NCBI GenBank assembly: GCA_963829205.1
Contig: CAWHHT010000006.1
Span: 410,471 to 474,470, forward strand
Reading direction: 5' to 3'
DNA from: an uncultured Thermoleophilia bacterium
GTDB lineage: Bacteria; Actinomycetota; Thermoleophilia; UBA2241
Length of the DNA stretch: 64,000 nucleotides
In this document: in pieces, positions 21,247 through 32,161 of the stretch
How the letters are laid out: each line of letters begins with the position of its first letter
Position numbering within the stretch: the first letter of the stretch is position 1
Notes under the pieces: model-generated
Seen by the model: only the letters and a program-made list of their open reading frames with translations
Told to the model about the DNA's origin: nothing
The model's database searches: none
Program-made: the position numbers and the translations under genes

Positions 21247-22449
21247 TCAGTCGGCGCGCAGGTTGAGGTAGCGGCGCTCGGTCGAGGCGCGCTTCTTGCT
21301 CTTCGCGACGTCTTGCAGCTGCGCGAAGGCCTGCTCGATGTTGTCGGGGAAGATGTCGCGGCCGCCGAGGCCGTAGATGAACGGCAGCACCTGCGGGCGC
21401 GGGTCGCAGTCGTAGAGCGCCGCGCGGATCTCCAGGAACACCGGGCCGCCCTGGGCCCCGAACGAGTCGGCGCGGTCCATGACGCCCACGACCTTGACGT
21501 GCTGGAGCGCCTGCGCGAAGGCCTCGTGCGGGAACGGCCGGAAGGCGCGCACGCGCACCATGCCGGCCTTCACGCCCCTGGCGCGCAGCTTGTCGACGGT
21601 CATGCGCGTGGTGCCGGCGGTGGAGCCGACCACGACGATGGCGATCTCGGCGTCGTCGAGGCGGTAGGGGTCGAGCAGGCCATAGTGACGGCCGCTGAGC
21701 TCGGCGTACTCGTCGGCGACGTCCTGGATCACCTTGAGGGCGCGGTCCATGGCGCGGTTCTGCGCCACTTTGTGCTCGAAGTACCAGCCGTGGAGGCCGT
21801 CGAACGGGCCGACCGTCACCGGGTTCTTGGCGTCCAGCATCGGGTTGGTGGAGCGGTACGGGCCGATGAACTGCTGCACTTCGTCCTTGGTCAGCATCTG
21901 CAGCGGCCCGATGGCGCCGCTGATCACGTAGCCGTCGTACATGTGCATCGTCGGCAGGCGTACGTCCATCGACTCGGCGATGCGCACCGACTGGATGCAG
22001 TTGTCGTACGCTTCCTGGTGGTTCTCACCGTAGAGCTGGATCCAGCCGGTGTCCCGGCCGCCCATGGTGTCGCTGTGGTCGCAATGGATGTTGATGGGGC
22101 CGGAGAGGGCACGGTTGACCGTGGTCATGACCACGGGGAGCCGGTAGCTCGCGGCCACGAAGAGGACCTCCCACATGAGGGCGAAGCCCTGGGAGGAGGT
22201 CGCGGTCATGGTCCGCACGCCGCCGGCCGCCGAGCCGATCACGGCGCTCATCGCCGAGTGCTCGCTCTCGACCGTGACGAACTCGCTCGAGACACGGCCG
22301 TCGGCGACCATCTGGGCATAGAGCTGCACGACCTCGGTCTGCGGCGTGATGGGGTAGGCGCAGACGACATCCGGGTCTATCTGACACATGGCTTCGGCGG
22401 TCGCCTCGTTGCCGGTGACCGCCAGGATCTCTCTGTCAGTGGTGGCCAC
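21247..22449 (-). CDS. porA: 2-oxoacid (pyruvate):ferredoxin oxidoreductase alpha subunit
   Basis: GNEATAEAM...AYPITPQTE...ESEHSAMSA...TSSQGFALM, 400 aa, intact. Confidence 0.85.
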   Translation of the reverse strand: MATTDREILAVTGNEATAEAMCQIDPDVVCAYPITPQTEVVQLYAQMVADGRVSSEFVTVESEHSAMSAVIGSAAGGVRTMTATSSQGFALMWEVLFVAASYRLPVVMTTVNRALSGPINIHCDHSDTMGGRDTGWIQLYGENHQEAYDNCIQSVRIAESMDVRLPTMHMYDGYVISGAIGPLQMLTKDEVQQFIGPYRSTNPMLDAKNPVTVGPFDGLHGWYFEHKVAQNRAMDRALKVIQDVADEYAELSGRHYGLLDPYRLDDAEIAIVVVGSTAGTTRMTVDKLRARGVKAGMVRVRAFRPFPHEAFAQALQHVKVVGVMDRADSFGAQGGPVFLEIRAALYDCDPRPQVLPFIYGLGGRDIFPDNIEQAFAQLQDVAKSKKRASTERRYLNLRAD

Positions 22450-22452
22450 TGG

Positions 22453-22839
22453 TCACTCCTTCTCGTCGACGTTCATGACGATGGCGCCTTGTGGGCACTC
22501 CTTGGCGCAGATCCCGCAACCCTTGCAGTGCGCGAGGTCGAAGCCGACGGCCTTGCCGCCGTCGACCAGGACCGAGGCGTCGGGGCAGTAGAAGTAGCAC
22601 AGCATGCAGCCGTCGCACTTCTCGACGTCGATGACCGGGACCTCGCTGCGCCAGCCGCCGGTCTCGTTGTAGACCGAGTTGCCGGCTTCGATGATCGTGG
22701 CGCCGAGCTCGTGCCGTTCAGGGCCCCAGCTGTCGACGTCGCTGATGTCCCACTTGGGCTTCTTCGCGGCGGCCTTGCGGGCGCTCGGCTTCTTGAGAGG
22801 CGCCGGTCGCTTGGCCCCGGCCTTCTTCTCGACGGTCAT
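22453..22839 (-). CDS. porD: 2-oxoacid:ferredoxin oxidoreductase delta subunit (2x[4Fe-4S])
   Basis: CDGCMLCYFYCP and CKGCGICAKECP. Overlaps the porG stop by 4 nt. Confidence 0.85.
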   Translation of the reverse strand: MTVEKKAGAKRPAPLKKPSARKAAAKKPKWDISDVDSWGPERHELGATIIEAGNSVYNETGGWRSEVPVIDVEKCDGCMLCYFYCPDASVLVDGGKAVGFDLAHCKGCGICAKECPQGAIVMNVDEKE

Positions 22840-23453
22840 TCGCCCTGGACCTCCTCGTAGCTGCGCGTGATGGCGGAGATGTTGCCCTCCACGACCTTGG
22901 GCGGGAACTTCTTGCCGAAGTCCTCACGCAGGAAGTTGACGACGTTCTCGATCGGGAACAGCCCGGTGATGCGCGTCAGCGCGCCGACCATGGGCGTGTT
23001 GGGGATCGGCCGCCGGATGGTCTCGACGGCGATCCGCGTGGCGGCGATCGTGTAGTAGCGGAAGCCCTCGAGCCCGTAGTGCTTGCGGAGCTCGGCCGGG
23101 CTCATCTCACTGTTCACCAGGACGACGGCGTCGGCGGGCGCGCCCTTGGTCACGTCGACGATGCTCAGGAGCGACGGGTCGAGCACGACCACGATCTGCG
23201 GGTGCTCGACCCCCGCGTAGACCTGGATCGGCTCGTCGCTGACGCGCGTGAACGCGACGATCGGCGCGCCGGAGCGCTCCGGCCCATACTCGGGAAAGGC
23301 CTGGAAGTACTTCTTCTGGCCGAGGGCGAGCTCGGCGACCATCTTGGCCGCCGTGACGGCGCCCTGGCCGCCGCGACCGTGCCAGCGGATCTCAGTGAGG
23401 CCGCTGGGCGCCTCGGCTTTCTTCTTCGTCGCGCTCTTCGTCGCCATGGTCAC
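22836..23453 (-). CDS. porG: 2-oxoacid:ferredoxin oxidoreductase gamma subunit
   Basis: RWHGRGGQGAVTAAKM...FPEYGPERSGAP. GTG 23453 sits in a GTGA overlap with the recR stop. Confidence 0.85.
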   Translation of the reverse strand: MTMATKSATKKKAEAPSGLTEIRWHGRGGQGAVTAAKMVAELALGQKKYFQAFPEYGPERSGAPIVAFTRVSDEPIQVYAGVEHPQIVVVLDPSLLSIVDVTKGAPADAVVLVNSEMSPAELRKHYGLEGFRYYTIAATRIAVETIRRPIPNTPMVGALTRITGLFPIENVVNFLREDFGKKFPPKVVEGNISAITRSYEEVQGE

Positions 23454-24052
23454 TCCTCTCCGCGCCTGAGACTGCGCCGTCCTGAGAGGGCGCGACCCAA
23501 CGTGAGCTCGTCGGCATATTCAAGGTCTCCACCTACGGGCAGGCCGCTCGCCAGCCGGGTCGCGCGCACGCGCCCGGGCAGCAGGTCCGCCACGTACATG
23601 GCTGTCGCTTCACCGGTCATCGTGGGGTTGGTCGCCAGGATGACCTCCTCCACCTCGTCGTCCACGCGCGCGAGCAGCTCCGCGATGCGCAGGTCGCCGG
23701 GGTCCACGCCGTCCAGAGGGCTGAGGGCGCCGCCGAGGACGTGGTAGAGGCCGCGATACTCGCGCGTGCGCTCGATGGTCACGATGTCGAAAGGCTGCTC
23801 GACGACGCAGAGCACATGCGGATCACGGCGCGTGTCGGCGCAGATCGTGCAGAGGTCGCCTTCGGCAAGATTGAAGCAGCGGCTGCAGAAGCCCATCTTC
23901 TCCTTGACGTCAACGATCGCCGCCGCGAGCGGCAGGATCTCCTCCGGCCGCAGCCGCAGGATGTGGAACGTGAGGCGCTGGGCGGTGCGTGGGCCGATTC
24001 CCGGGAGCTTGGCCAGCTCGGTGATCAAGCGCTCGACCGCGGGTGAATACAT
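23450..24052 (-). CDS. recR: Recombination protein RecR
   Basis: LPGIGPRTAQRL, CSRCFNLAEGDLCTIC zinc finger, Toprim-like VEQPFD...ATNPTMTGEATA. Confidence 0.9.
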   Translation of the reverse strand: MYSPAVERLITELAKLPGIGPRTAQRLTFHILRLRPEEILPLAAAIVDVKEKMGFCSRCFNLAEGDLCTICADTRRDPHVLCVVEQPFDIVTIERTREYRGLYHVLGGALSPLDGVDPGDLRIAELLARVDDEVEEVILATNPTMTGEATAMYVADLLPGRVRATRLASGLPVGGDLEYADELTLGRALSGRRSLRRGEE

Positions 24053-24381
24053 TTACACGTCCCTCGTAACAGCATGAATACAGATACACTCTAGTCAGCG
24101 GGTGTGCCCGCCCCCGTGAGAGGAGGAGGACGCGAGTCCCGATTGTACTCTCCCTCAGGCCGATACGGCAATCCGGTCGTGCGTTGCCGAGCCGTTTCGG
24201 CCAGTGCTCCGTGGCGGCGGCTTGGAAGGAACGGTCCGGACCGCGACCGTCGGCGTAAAGCAGGACTACCATAGTCCGGTATGCACCGTCTATCAGCGCG
24301 CCGCCGGGACCGGCGGCGCGGGACTGTCGGGGCGCGTGTGCTGTCGGTCCGGCCGAGGCTGGGGTCGCCCCGGACGGCGCC

Positions 24382-24708
24382 TCAGAAGAGACCGGGGATG
24401 TTGGGGAGGTCGAGGCCGCCGGTCGCGCCGCCGAGCTTGGTGGAGGCAAGGTCCTGGGCGGCGCGCAGCGCTTCGTTCGTCGCGGCGACGACGAGGTCCT
24501 GGAGCATCTCGACGTCGTCAGGGTCCACGGCCTCGGGCTTGATGCGTACTTCCTTGACCTCGAGGGACCCGGTGACGACCACCGTGATGATGCCGCCGCC
24601 GGCGCTGGCCTCCACAGTCTCGACGGCCAGCTCTTCCTGCGCCTGGGCCATCTTGCGCTGCATCTCCTGGATCTGCTTCATCATCTTTGCCTGCTGCGGA
24701 TTGGCCAC
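24382..24708 (-). CDS. ybaB: YbaB/EbfC nucleoid-associated protein
   Basis: [19 protein letters not shown]...[14 protein letters not shown] start with AAGGAGA upstream. Confidence 0.9.
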   Translation of the reverse strand: MANPQQAKMMKQIQEMQRKMAQAQEELAVETVEASAGGGIITVVVTGSLEVKEVRIKPEAVDPDDVEMLQDLVVAATNEALRAAQDLASTKLGGATGGLDLPNIPGLF

Positions 24709-24720
24709 GGGAGTGTCTCC

Positions 24721-26602
<1,882 letters not shown>

Positions 26603-26640
26603 CGGACGGTAAGTGTACCCTGCCGTCGAAGGTGAAAGAA

Positions 26641-26914
26641 GCGGTCGCGCACCCGCCGTCGAAGCGCGTTCTCCGAGCGTCCCCGCCGTGCGCAAGCTCG
26701 GGTCAGGCGACCCTGCGGCACATGGAATGGCCTGCTTACCGCTGCTTCCTCCCGGACCTGACGGGGTTCGCAGGGTTCCATTGCGTAGGACCCGACCTTC
26801 AACGCCGCGACACGGCTGACAGCCTCGCGGAACGGCCCCTCGGGCGGGAATTCAGCCCCGCTGTAGCGGATTGCGGGTACAGGGCACCGCTGGCTCCCCG
26901 CCTAGCGCGACCGG
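26641..26914 (-). ncRNA. ffs: Signal recognition particle RNA, large (Bacillus-type, with Alu domain)
   Basis: The minus strand reads ...GGCGGGGAGCCAGCGGUGCCCUGUACCCGCAAUCCGCU... (Alu domain) and ...GUCAGGUCCGGGAGGAAGCAGCGGUAAG... (helix 8). 5' GGUCGCGC pairs with 3' GCGCGACC. It lies immediately upstream of dnaX, as in scr-dnaX-ybaB-recR synteny. Ends are approximate. Confidence 0.8.
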
Positions 26915-27136
26915 TGTGGATGGTACGCCGGGGAGGGGGGAGAAGCAAACGGGTCTGTGCCTGCTAGGTGTCGCCCAGCGCGGTGCGATCGCGCCGCACG
27001 GTGGCGAGCTCGCCCGGGCAAGGTGGGGGTACATGCCCGCGGAGTGTCGCCCTGCGCGGCGCGCGCTCACGCCGCGCGGCGGTGGCTCGCCGGGCGCGGC
27101 ATTTGCAAACCGCCCGCCGCTGGCTACCCTGAGTGA

Positions 27137-29476
27137 ATGGGAGTCGAGAAGCGACACGGAGTGCGGAAGTACCTGCTCGCGACGCTGGTCGTCGCCATCG
27201 TGTCGCTGCTGGTCGCCGTCGGCGTCACCCCGCTGGGGGCTCCGGCGCCGCGGCCGGCCGGAGCTCCGGCCACGACCTTCTCCGCCGCGCGCGCGTTCTC
27301 CGAGCTGCGCCGCATCGCGGCGGTCCCGCACCCGATCGGCTCACAGGCCCAGGACAGGGTGCGCGCGACGATCGTCGCGCGCCTCCAGGCCCTCGGTCTC
27401 TCGCCGCACGTGCAGACGGCCGGCGTGGTCTCGCAGGAGGATGGTCGCGTCGCCGGCACCGTGCACAACATCCTCGCGCGACTCCCGGGGACCGCCCCGA
27501 CGCGTACCGTCATGCTCGTCGCCCACTACGACTCGGTGGCCGTCGCCCCCGGAGCCGCCGACAACGGCGGCGGCGTAGCGACGCTGCTGGAGGCGGCGCG
27601 CGCGCTGGCGGCGGGTCCCAGACCGCGCAACGACATCGTCTTCCTGTTCACCGACGGGGAGGAGAAGGGGCTCCTCGGAGCGCGGGCCTTCCTGCGCGAC
27701 GACCCCTGGGCCTACGGCGTGGGGGTCGTCCTCAACTTCGACAGCCCCGGCTCGTCATCGCCGGCGCTGATGTACGAGACGACGAGCGGCAACGGTGTGC
27801 TCGTGCGCACGCTGCTCGACGCGGGCCCGCACGCGTTCGCCTCGTCGCTCATGTACGAGGTCTCGCGCCGCCAGCCGGTCGAGACCGACTTCCGTCGCTT
27901 CAAGGCGGCCGGCGTGCCGGGCATGAGTTTCGGCGCCCTCGACGGCCCCGCGAACGACCACACCGGGTACGACTCGCTGCGCACCTTCCACCTCGCCAGC
28001 CTGCAGCACGAAGGCGATACCGCTCTGGCGCTGGCCCACCGCTTCGGCGCGATGGACCTCTGGAACCTGCATGCTCCCGACCGCGTCTACTTCGACGTCG
28101 TGGGGGGCTACGCCGTCTCCTACGGCGTCGGGTTCGTGTGGCCGCTCATGGCGGCCGCGGCGGCGCTCTTCGCCGCGGCCGTGATCGTGGCCTGGCGCCG
28201 CCGCCGCATCTCGCTGCGCGGCGTCGTCATCTCCGTGCCCGCTTCGTCGCTCGTGCTCGGCGCCGCGCTCGCCATCGTCGGCATCGTCTGGGGCATGTAC
28301 CGGCCGGCCTACGAGCAGCGCGTGTGGACCAACACCGGCGTCGTCGTCAGCGACTTTCACCGCCTGGGGCTGGTGCTGCTCGCGGCGGCCGTCGTGGTGG
28401 CCGTCTACGGGCTCCTGCTGCGCCGGCTGAGCCCCTGGGATCTCGCCGTGGCCGCGCTCTTCTGGTGGCTCGGCGCAGCCGTCGTGCTTGCCGTCGCCAT
28501 CCCGAGCGCGGCCTATCTGCTCACCTGGCCACTCGCGGCCGGAAGCCTCGGCTTCCTCGTCGCGGCGCTCCTCGGCGAACGCGTCTTCGACTCCGCCTGG
28601 GTCCTCGTGCCGCTCGCCGGGGCCGCTCCCGGCGTCATCCTCCTGAGCTCGGCCGACTACCTGCTGCTCATGTCGGCCGGCCTCAAGACGATGGCGACGG
28701 TGATCGTGGTGTGGTTCGTCGCCGGACTTCTCCTGCTGCCGCTCGCCGTGGCCCGTCGCGGTTTTCGCGGATGGCTGCCGGCCGGCCTGGCGGTCGCCGG
28801 CGCCGTCGTACTGATCCTCGTGGCCTCCAGCGCCGTGTTCGACGCCGACCACCCCAAGTTCACGAGCGTGTACTACCGGCAGGACGACCGCGGCGTGGGT
28901 CACTGGGAGACGATCGACCTCGTGAACCGCTGGACGCGCCAGTTCCTGCCGGACGTGGCCCGGTACCGCTACGGCCTCGACTACTTCCCGGGTCTGGGCG
29001 ACCGCCTGACCATCTCCGTGCCGGCGAAGGGCGATCACCTGCCACCCCCGCTGATCCGCGTGCTCGCCGACTCGGCCACCGGCGACCGGCGCACGGTGAC
29101 GCTGCGCGTGCGGCCGCGCCGGCCGACCGCGATCCTCAGCGTGCTCGAGGACTCCGTCGTCGGCTCGCTCACCGCGAGCGTCGACGGGCGCCCGCTGCAG
29201 AGCCGCGACACGACCATCCTCGACGCCACGCCGGTGCGCTGGTACTTCGACTACTACGCGCCGCCTGCCCGCGGCGTCGTCGTGACGCTGCGCTGCCAGG
29301 CAGGGAGGCCGTTGATCCTGCGCGCCGTCACGTACAGCTACGGTCTGCCGCCGACCGCGGCCCGGGGCCACACGCCGCGGCCGCCGGGCATGCTGCCCGG
29401 CTGGATCGGCGACGGCACCCTCGTCGAGAGCTCGCTCCGCCTTCCGGCCACGGCCGGCGCGGTCGCCGCTCGCTGA
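27137..29476 (+). CDS. Membrane-bound M28 family metallopeptidase
   Basis: N-terminal TM, VAHYDSVAVAPGAADNGGGVA, FLFTDGEEKGLLGA, then about 8 TM segments and a C-terminal domain. 779 aa, intact. Confidence 0.8.
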   Translation: MGVEKRHGVRKYLLATLVVAIVSLLVAVGVTPLGAPAPRPAGAPATTFSAARAFSELRRIAAVPHPIGSQAQDRVRATIVARLQALGLSPHVQTAGVVSQEDGRVAGTVHNILARLPGTAPTRTVMLVAHYDSVAVAPGAADNGGGVATLLEAARALAAGPRPRNDIVFLFTDGEEKGLLGARAFLRDDPWAYGVGVVLNFDSPGSSSPALMYETTSGNGVLVRTLLDAGPHAFASSLMYEVSRRQPVETDFRRFKAAGVPGMSFGALDGPANDHTGYDSLRTFHLASLQHEGDTALALAHRFGAMDLWNLHAPDRVYFDVVGGYAVSYGVGFVWPLMAAAAALFAAAVIVAWRRRRISLRGVVISVPASSLVLGAALAIVGIVWGMYRPAYEQRVWTNTGVVVSDFHRLGLVLLAAAVVVAVYGLLLRRLSPWDLAVAALFWWLGAAVVLAVAIPSAAYLLTWPLAAGSLGFLVAALLGERVFDSAWVLVPLAGAAPGVILLSSADYLLLMSAGLKTMATVIVVWFVAGLLLLPLAVARRGFRGWLPAGLAVAGAVVLILVASSAVFDADHPKFTSVYYRQDDRGVGHWETIDLVNRWTRQFLPDVARYRYGLDYFPGLGDRLTISVPAKGDHLPPPLIRVLADSATGDRRTVTLRVRPRRPTAILSVLEDSVVGSLTASVDGRPLQSRDTTILDATPVRWYFDYYAPPARGVVVTLRCQAGRPLILRAVTYSYGLPPTAARGHTPRPPGMLPGWIGDGTLVESSLRLPATAGAVAAR

Positions 29477-32161
29477 TTAGAGCCGCAGCACCAGCTTGCG
29501 CACGTCCGGCTCGTCACCCGGGCGCACGTCGAATCCGAGGCTCTCGGCGAAGCGCGTCATGCCCGGGTTGGCGGCCAGCACGTGGCCGTTGATCTCGCGC
29601 ACGTGGCGGTCGCGGGCCGCCTGGATGAGCGCGTCCATGAGCTTGCTGCCGATGCCCTTGCGTTGATAGTCGTCGCGCACGAGGATGGCGAACTCGCCCT
29701 CCTCCGCGTTGGCGGTCTCGATGCTGAGCCGGGCGACGCCGAGCATGGCCTTCTTCTTCTTGCCTTTGCCCTCACGGATGGCGGTGAGGGCGATCTCGCG
29801 GTCGTAGTCGATGTGGCAGTAGCGCACCAGCATCGATTTGGTGACTTCGCGTACCGGGCCGAAGAAGCGGTACTCGGCGGTCGTCGGCGACAGCGACTCG
29901 ATCATCTCGGCCCAGAGCGGCTCGTCCTCGGGCTTGATGGCGCGGATGGCCACCTTCTCGTTGCCCATGGGCACGTCCCAGTGATACTTGCTGGGATACA
30001 TGGAGATCATCAGGTGGGCGCCTGGAAGCACGATCTTGCGCACGTCCTTGGGCTCGATGACGATGCGCGCGTCGAGCGCGCAGATGCCGTCCGGACGCAC
30101 CTGCAGCGGGTTGACGTCCATCTCGATGATCTCGGGGAAGTCGACCAGCAGGTAGCTCACCTTGACCATCGCCTGCTCGAGCGCCGTCATGTCCACCGGC
30201 TCCTTGCCGCGGTACCCCTCGAGCAACCGCGAGACCTTGGTGCTCTGGATCATGGAGCGCGCCAGGGCCTGGTTGAGCGGCGGGAAGTCCACGGCCACGT
30301 CGCGGTAGAGCTCGACGCCCGTGCCGCCCATGCCGAACATCAGCGCCGGCCCGAAGGTGGCGTCCTTCTTGGAACCGATGATGACCTCATAGCCGCCGCG
30401 GCTCATCGCCTGGACGGCGACGCCGATGATGCGCGCCTCCGGGACGGCGGCCTGGGCCCGCTCGGTGATCTTGGCGAACTGGTTGGCGGCCTCGGGCGCG
30501 GAACGCACGTTGAGGGCGATCCCGCCGACGTCGCTCTTGTGTGTGATGTCGTGGCTGAGGATCTTGATGGCCACGGGGAAGCCGATCTCCTCGGCGGCCT
30601 TGGAGCACTCCTCGGCGCTCGTGGCGACCATGGTCCTGACCGCCGGGATCTGGTAGGCGTCGAGCACCGATTTCGCCTCCGGCTCGCTGAGGATCGAGCG
30701 GCCGTCCCTCGCGACCTCGATGAAGGTCCTCTTGACCGCCTCGCGGTCCGGCGAGAACTCGGGCAGGATGTCCGCCGGCGTCTCGTAGAGGTTCGCGAGG
30801 TTGCGCGTGTACTGGTACATGTACATGTAGGCGCGCACCGCGTCCTCGGGGGTGTCGAACGTGGGCACGTGGGCGCTGCGGAAGATGTTCACGCCCTCGG
30901 CGACCTTGATCTCGCCCATGAAGGAGGTGAGCAGCGGCTTGAGCTGGTGGGTGCGCGAGACTTCGACGAGGGCCTGCGCGGTGGCGGTGGGGTCGCTCAT
31001 CGCCTGCGGCGTGAGGATGGCGAGGACGCCGTCGCAGTTGGGGTCGTCCATGAGCGCCTGCGCGGCGACGGCGTAGCGCTCAGCGTCCGCGTCCCCGGCT
31101 ACGTCTACCGGGTTGCCGCGCGCCGCGAAGCCGGGGAGGGCCGCTTCCAGTTTGGCGTCGGTCTCCGGCGTCAGCTCGGCGAGCTCGCCGCCCAGGTGCA
31201 GCAGCCGGTCGCAGGCCATCACGCCCGGCCCGCCGGCGTTGGTGACGATGCCGAGGCGCGGGCCGCGCGGGCTGGAGACGCGGCTGAGCGCCTCGCTCGC
31301 ATCGAACAGGTCCTCGATCTCGTCGACGCGGACGACGCCGGCGCGCCGGAACACGGCGCTGTAGAGCGTGTCGTCGCCGGCGATGGCGCCAGTGTGGCTG
31401 GCGGCCGCGAGCGCGCTGCGCGCCGTGCGGCCGCTCTTGACCACGATGATCGGCTTGCTCTTGGCGAAGTGTCGCGCCGCGCTCATGAACTTGCGCGCGT
31501 CGGTGATCGACTCGATGTACAGGATGATGCTGCTCGTGTGGGCGTCGGCGCCGAAATAGTCGATGAGGTCGCCGAAGTCGACGTCGGCCATGGAGCCGAC
31601 GCTCACGAAGGCGGAGAACCCGACCTGGTTGGCGGCGGCCCAGTCGAGGATGGCGGTCCCGAGGGCGCCCGACTGGCTGAAGAAGGCGACGCGGCCGGCC
31701 GGCGGGATCACGTGAGCGAAGGTCGCATTGAGGTGCACGGACGGGCGGATGAAGCCGAGGCAGTTGGGCCCGACGACGCGCACGCCGTAGGACTCGGCGA
31801 TGGCGACGATCTCCTCCTCGAGCTTGCGGCCCGCCGCCCCGATCTCCTTGAAGCCGGACGACACGATGACGGCGCCGGCCACCCCGGCTTCGCCGCACTC
31901 GCGCATCGTCTCAGGCACGGCCTTCGCCGGCACGGCGATGATCGCCAGATCGATCTTGCGCGGCACCTGGCTGATGCTCGCGTAGGCCTGGATGCCCTGG
32001 ACCGATTGCGCCGAGACGTTGACCGGGTAGACGATGCCCTCGTACTCGGCGCCGATCAGGTTGCGCAGCAGGATGTAGCCCACCGACCCCTTCTTGTTGG
32101 ACGCGCCGATCACGGCGATGCTCTTGGGGTCGAAGAGCTTGTCCAGGTTCCTCGTGCTCAT
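29477..32161 (-). CDS. pat: Pat/PatZ-type protein acetyltransferase (ADP-forming acetyl-CoA synthetase-like domains plus C-terminal GNAT)
   Basis: LFDPKSIAVIGAS (CoA-binding), succinyl-CoA-synthetase-like and ATP-grasp regions, C-terminal GNAT (RDDYQRKGIGSKLM). 894 aa, intact. Confidence 0.8.
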   Translation of the reverse strand: MSTRNLDKLFDPKSIAVIGASNKKGSVGYILLRNLIGAEYEGIVYPVNVSAQSVQGIQAYASISQVPRKIDLAIIAVPAKAVPETMRECGEAGVAGAVIVSSGFKEIGAAGRKLEEEIVAIAESYGVRVVGPNCLGFIRPSVHLNATFAHVIPPAGRVAFFSQSGALGTAILDWAAANQVGFSAFVSVGSMADVDFGDLIDYFGADAHTSSIILYIESITDARKFMSAARHFAKSKPIIVVKSGRTARSALAAASHTGAIAGDDTLYSAVFRRAGVVRVDEIEDLFDASEALSRVSSPRGPRLGIVTNAGGPGVMACDRLLHLGGELAELTPETDAKLEAALPGFAARGNPVDVAGDADAERYAVAAQALMDDPNCDGVLAILTPQAMSDPTATAQALVEVSRTHQLKPLLTSFMGEIKVAEGVNIFRSAHVPTFDTPEDAVRAYMYMYQYTRNLANLYETPADILPEFSPDREAVKRTFIEVARDGRSILSEPEAKSVLDAYQIPAVRTMVATSAEECSKAAEEIGFPVAIKILSHDITHKSDVGGIALNVRSAPEAANQFAKITERAQAAVPEARIIGVAVQAMSRGGYEVIIGSKKDATFGPALMFGMGGTGVELYRDVAVDFPPLNQALARSMIQSTKVSRLLEGYRGKEPVDMTALEQAMVKVSYLLVDFPEIIEMDVNPLQVRPDGICALDARIVIEPKDVRKIVLPGAHLMISMYPSKYHWDVPMGNEKVAIRAIKPEDEPLWAEMIESLSPTTAEYRFFGPVREVTKSMLVRYCHIDYDREIALTAIREGKGKKKKAMLGVARLSIETANAEEGEFAILVRDDYQRKGIGSKLMDALIQAARDRHVREINGHVLAANPGMTRFAESLGFDVRPGDEPDVRKLVLRL

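Noticed and set aside
26915-27136. A second ncRNA between the SRP RNA and the M28 peptidase gene
   Set aside because: Once the SRP RNA is extended to include its Alu domain (to about 26914), the remaining 220 nt show no motif I recognise. They are treated as a divergent promoter region.
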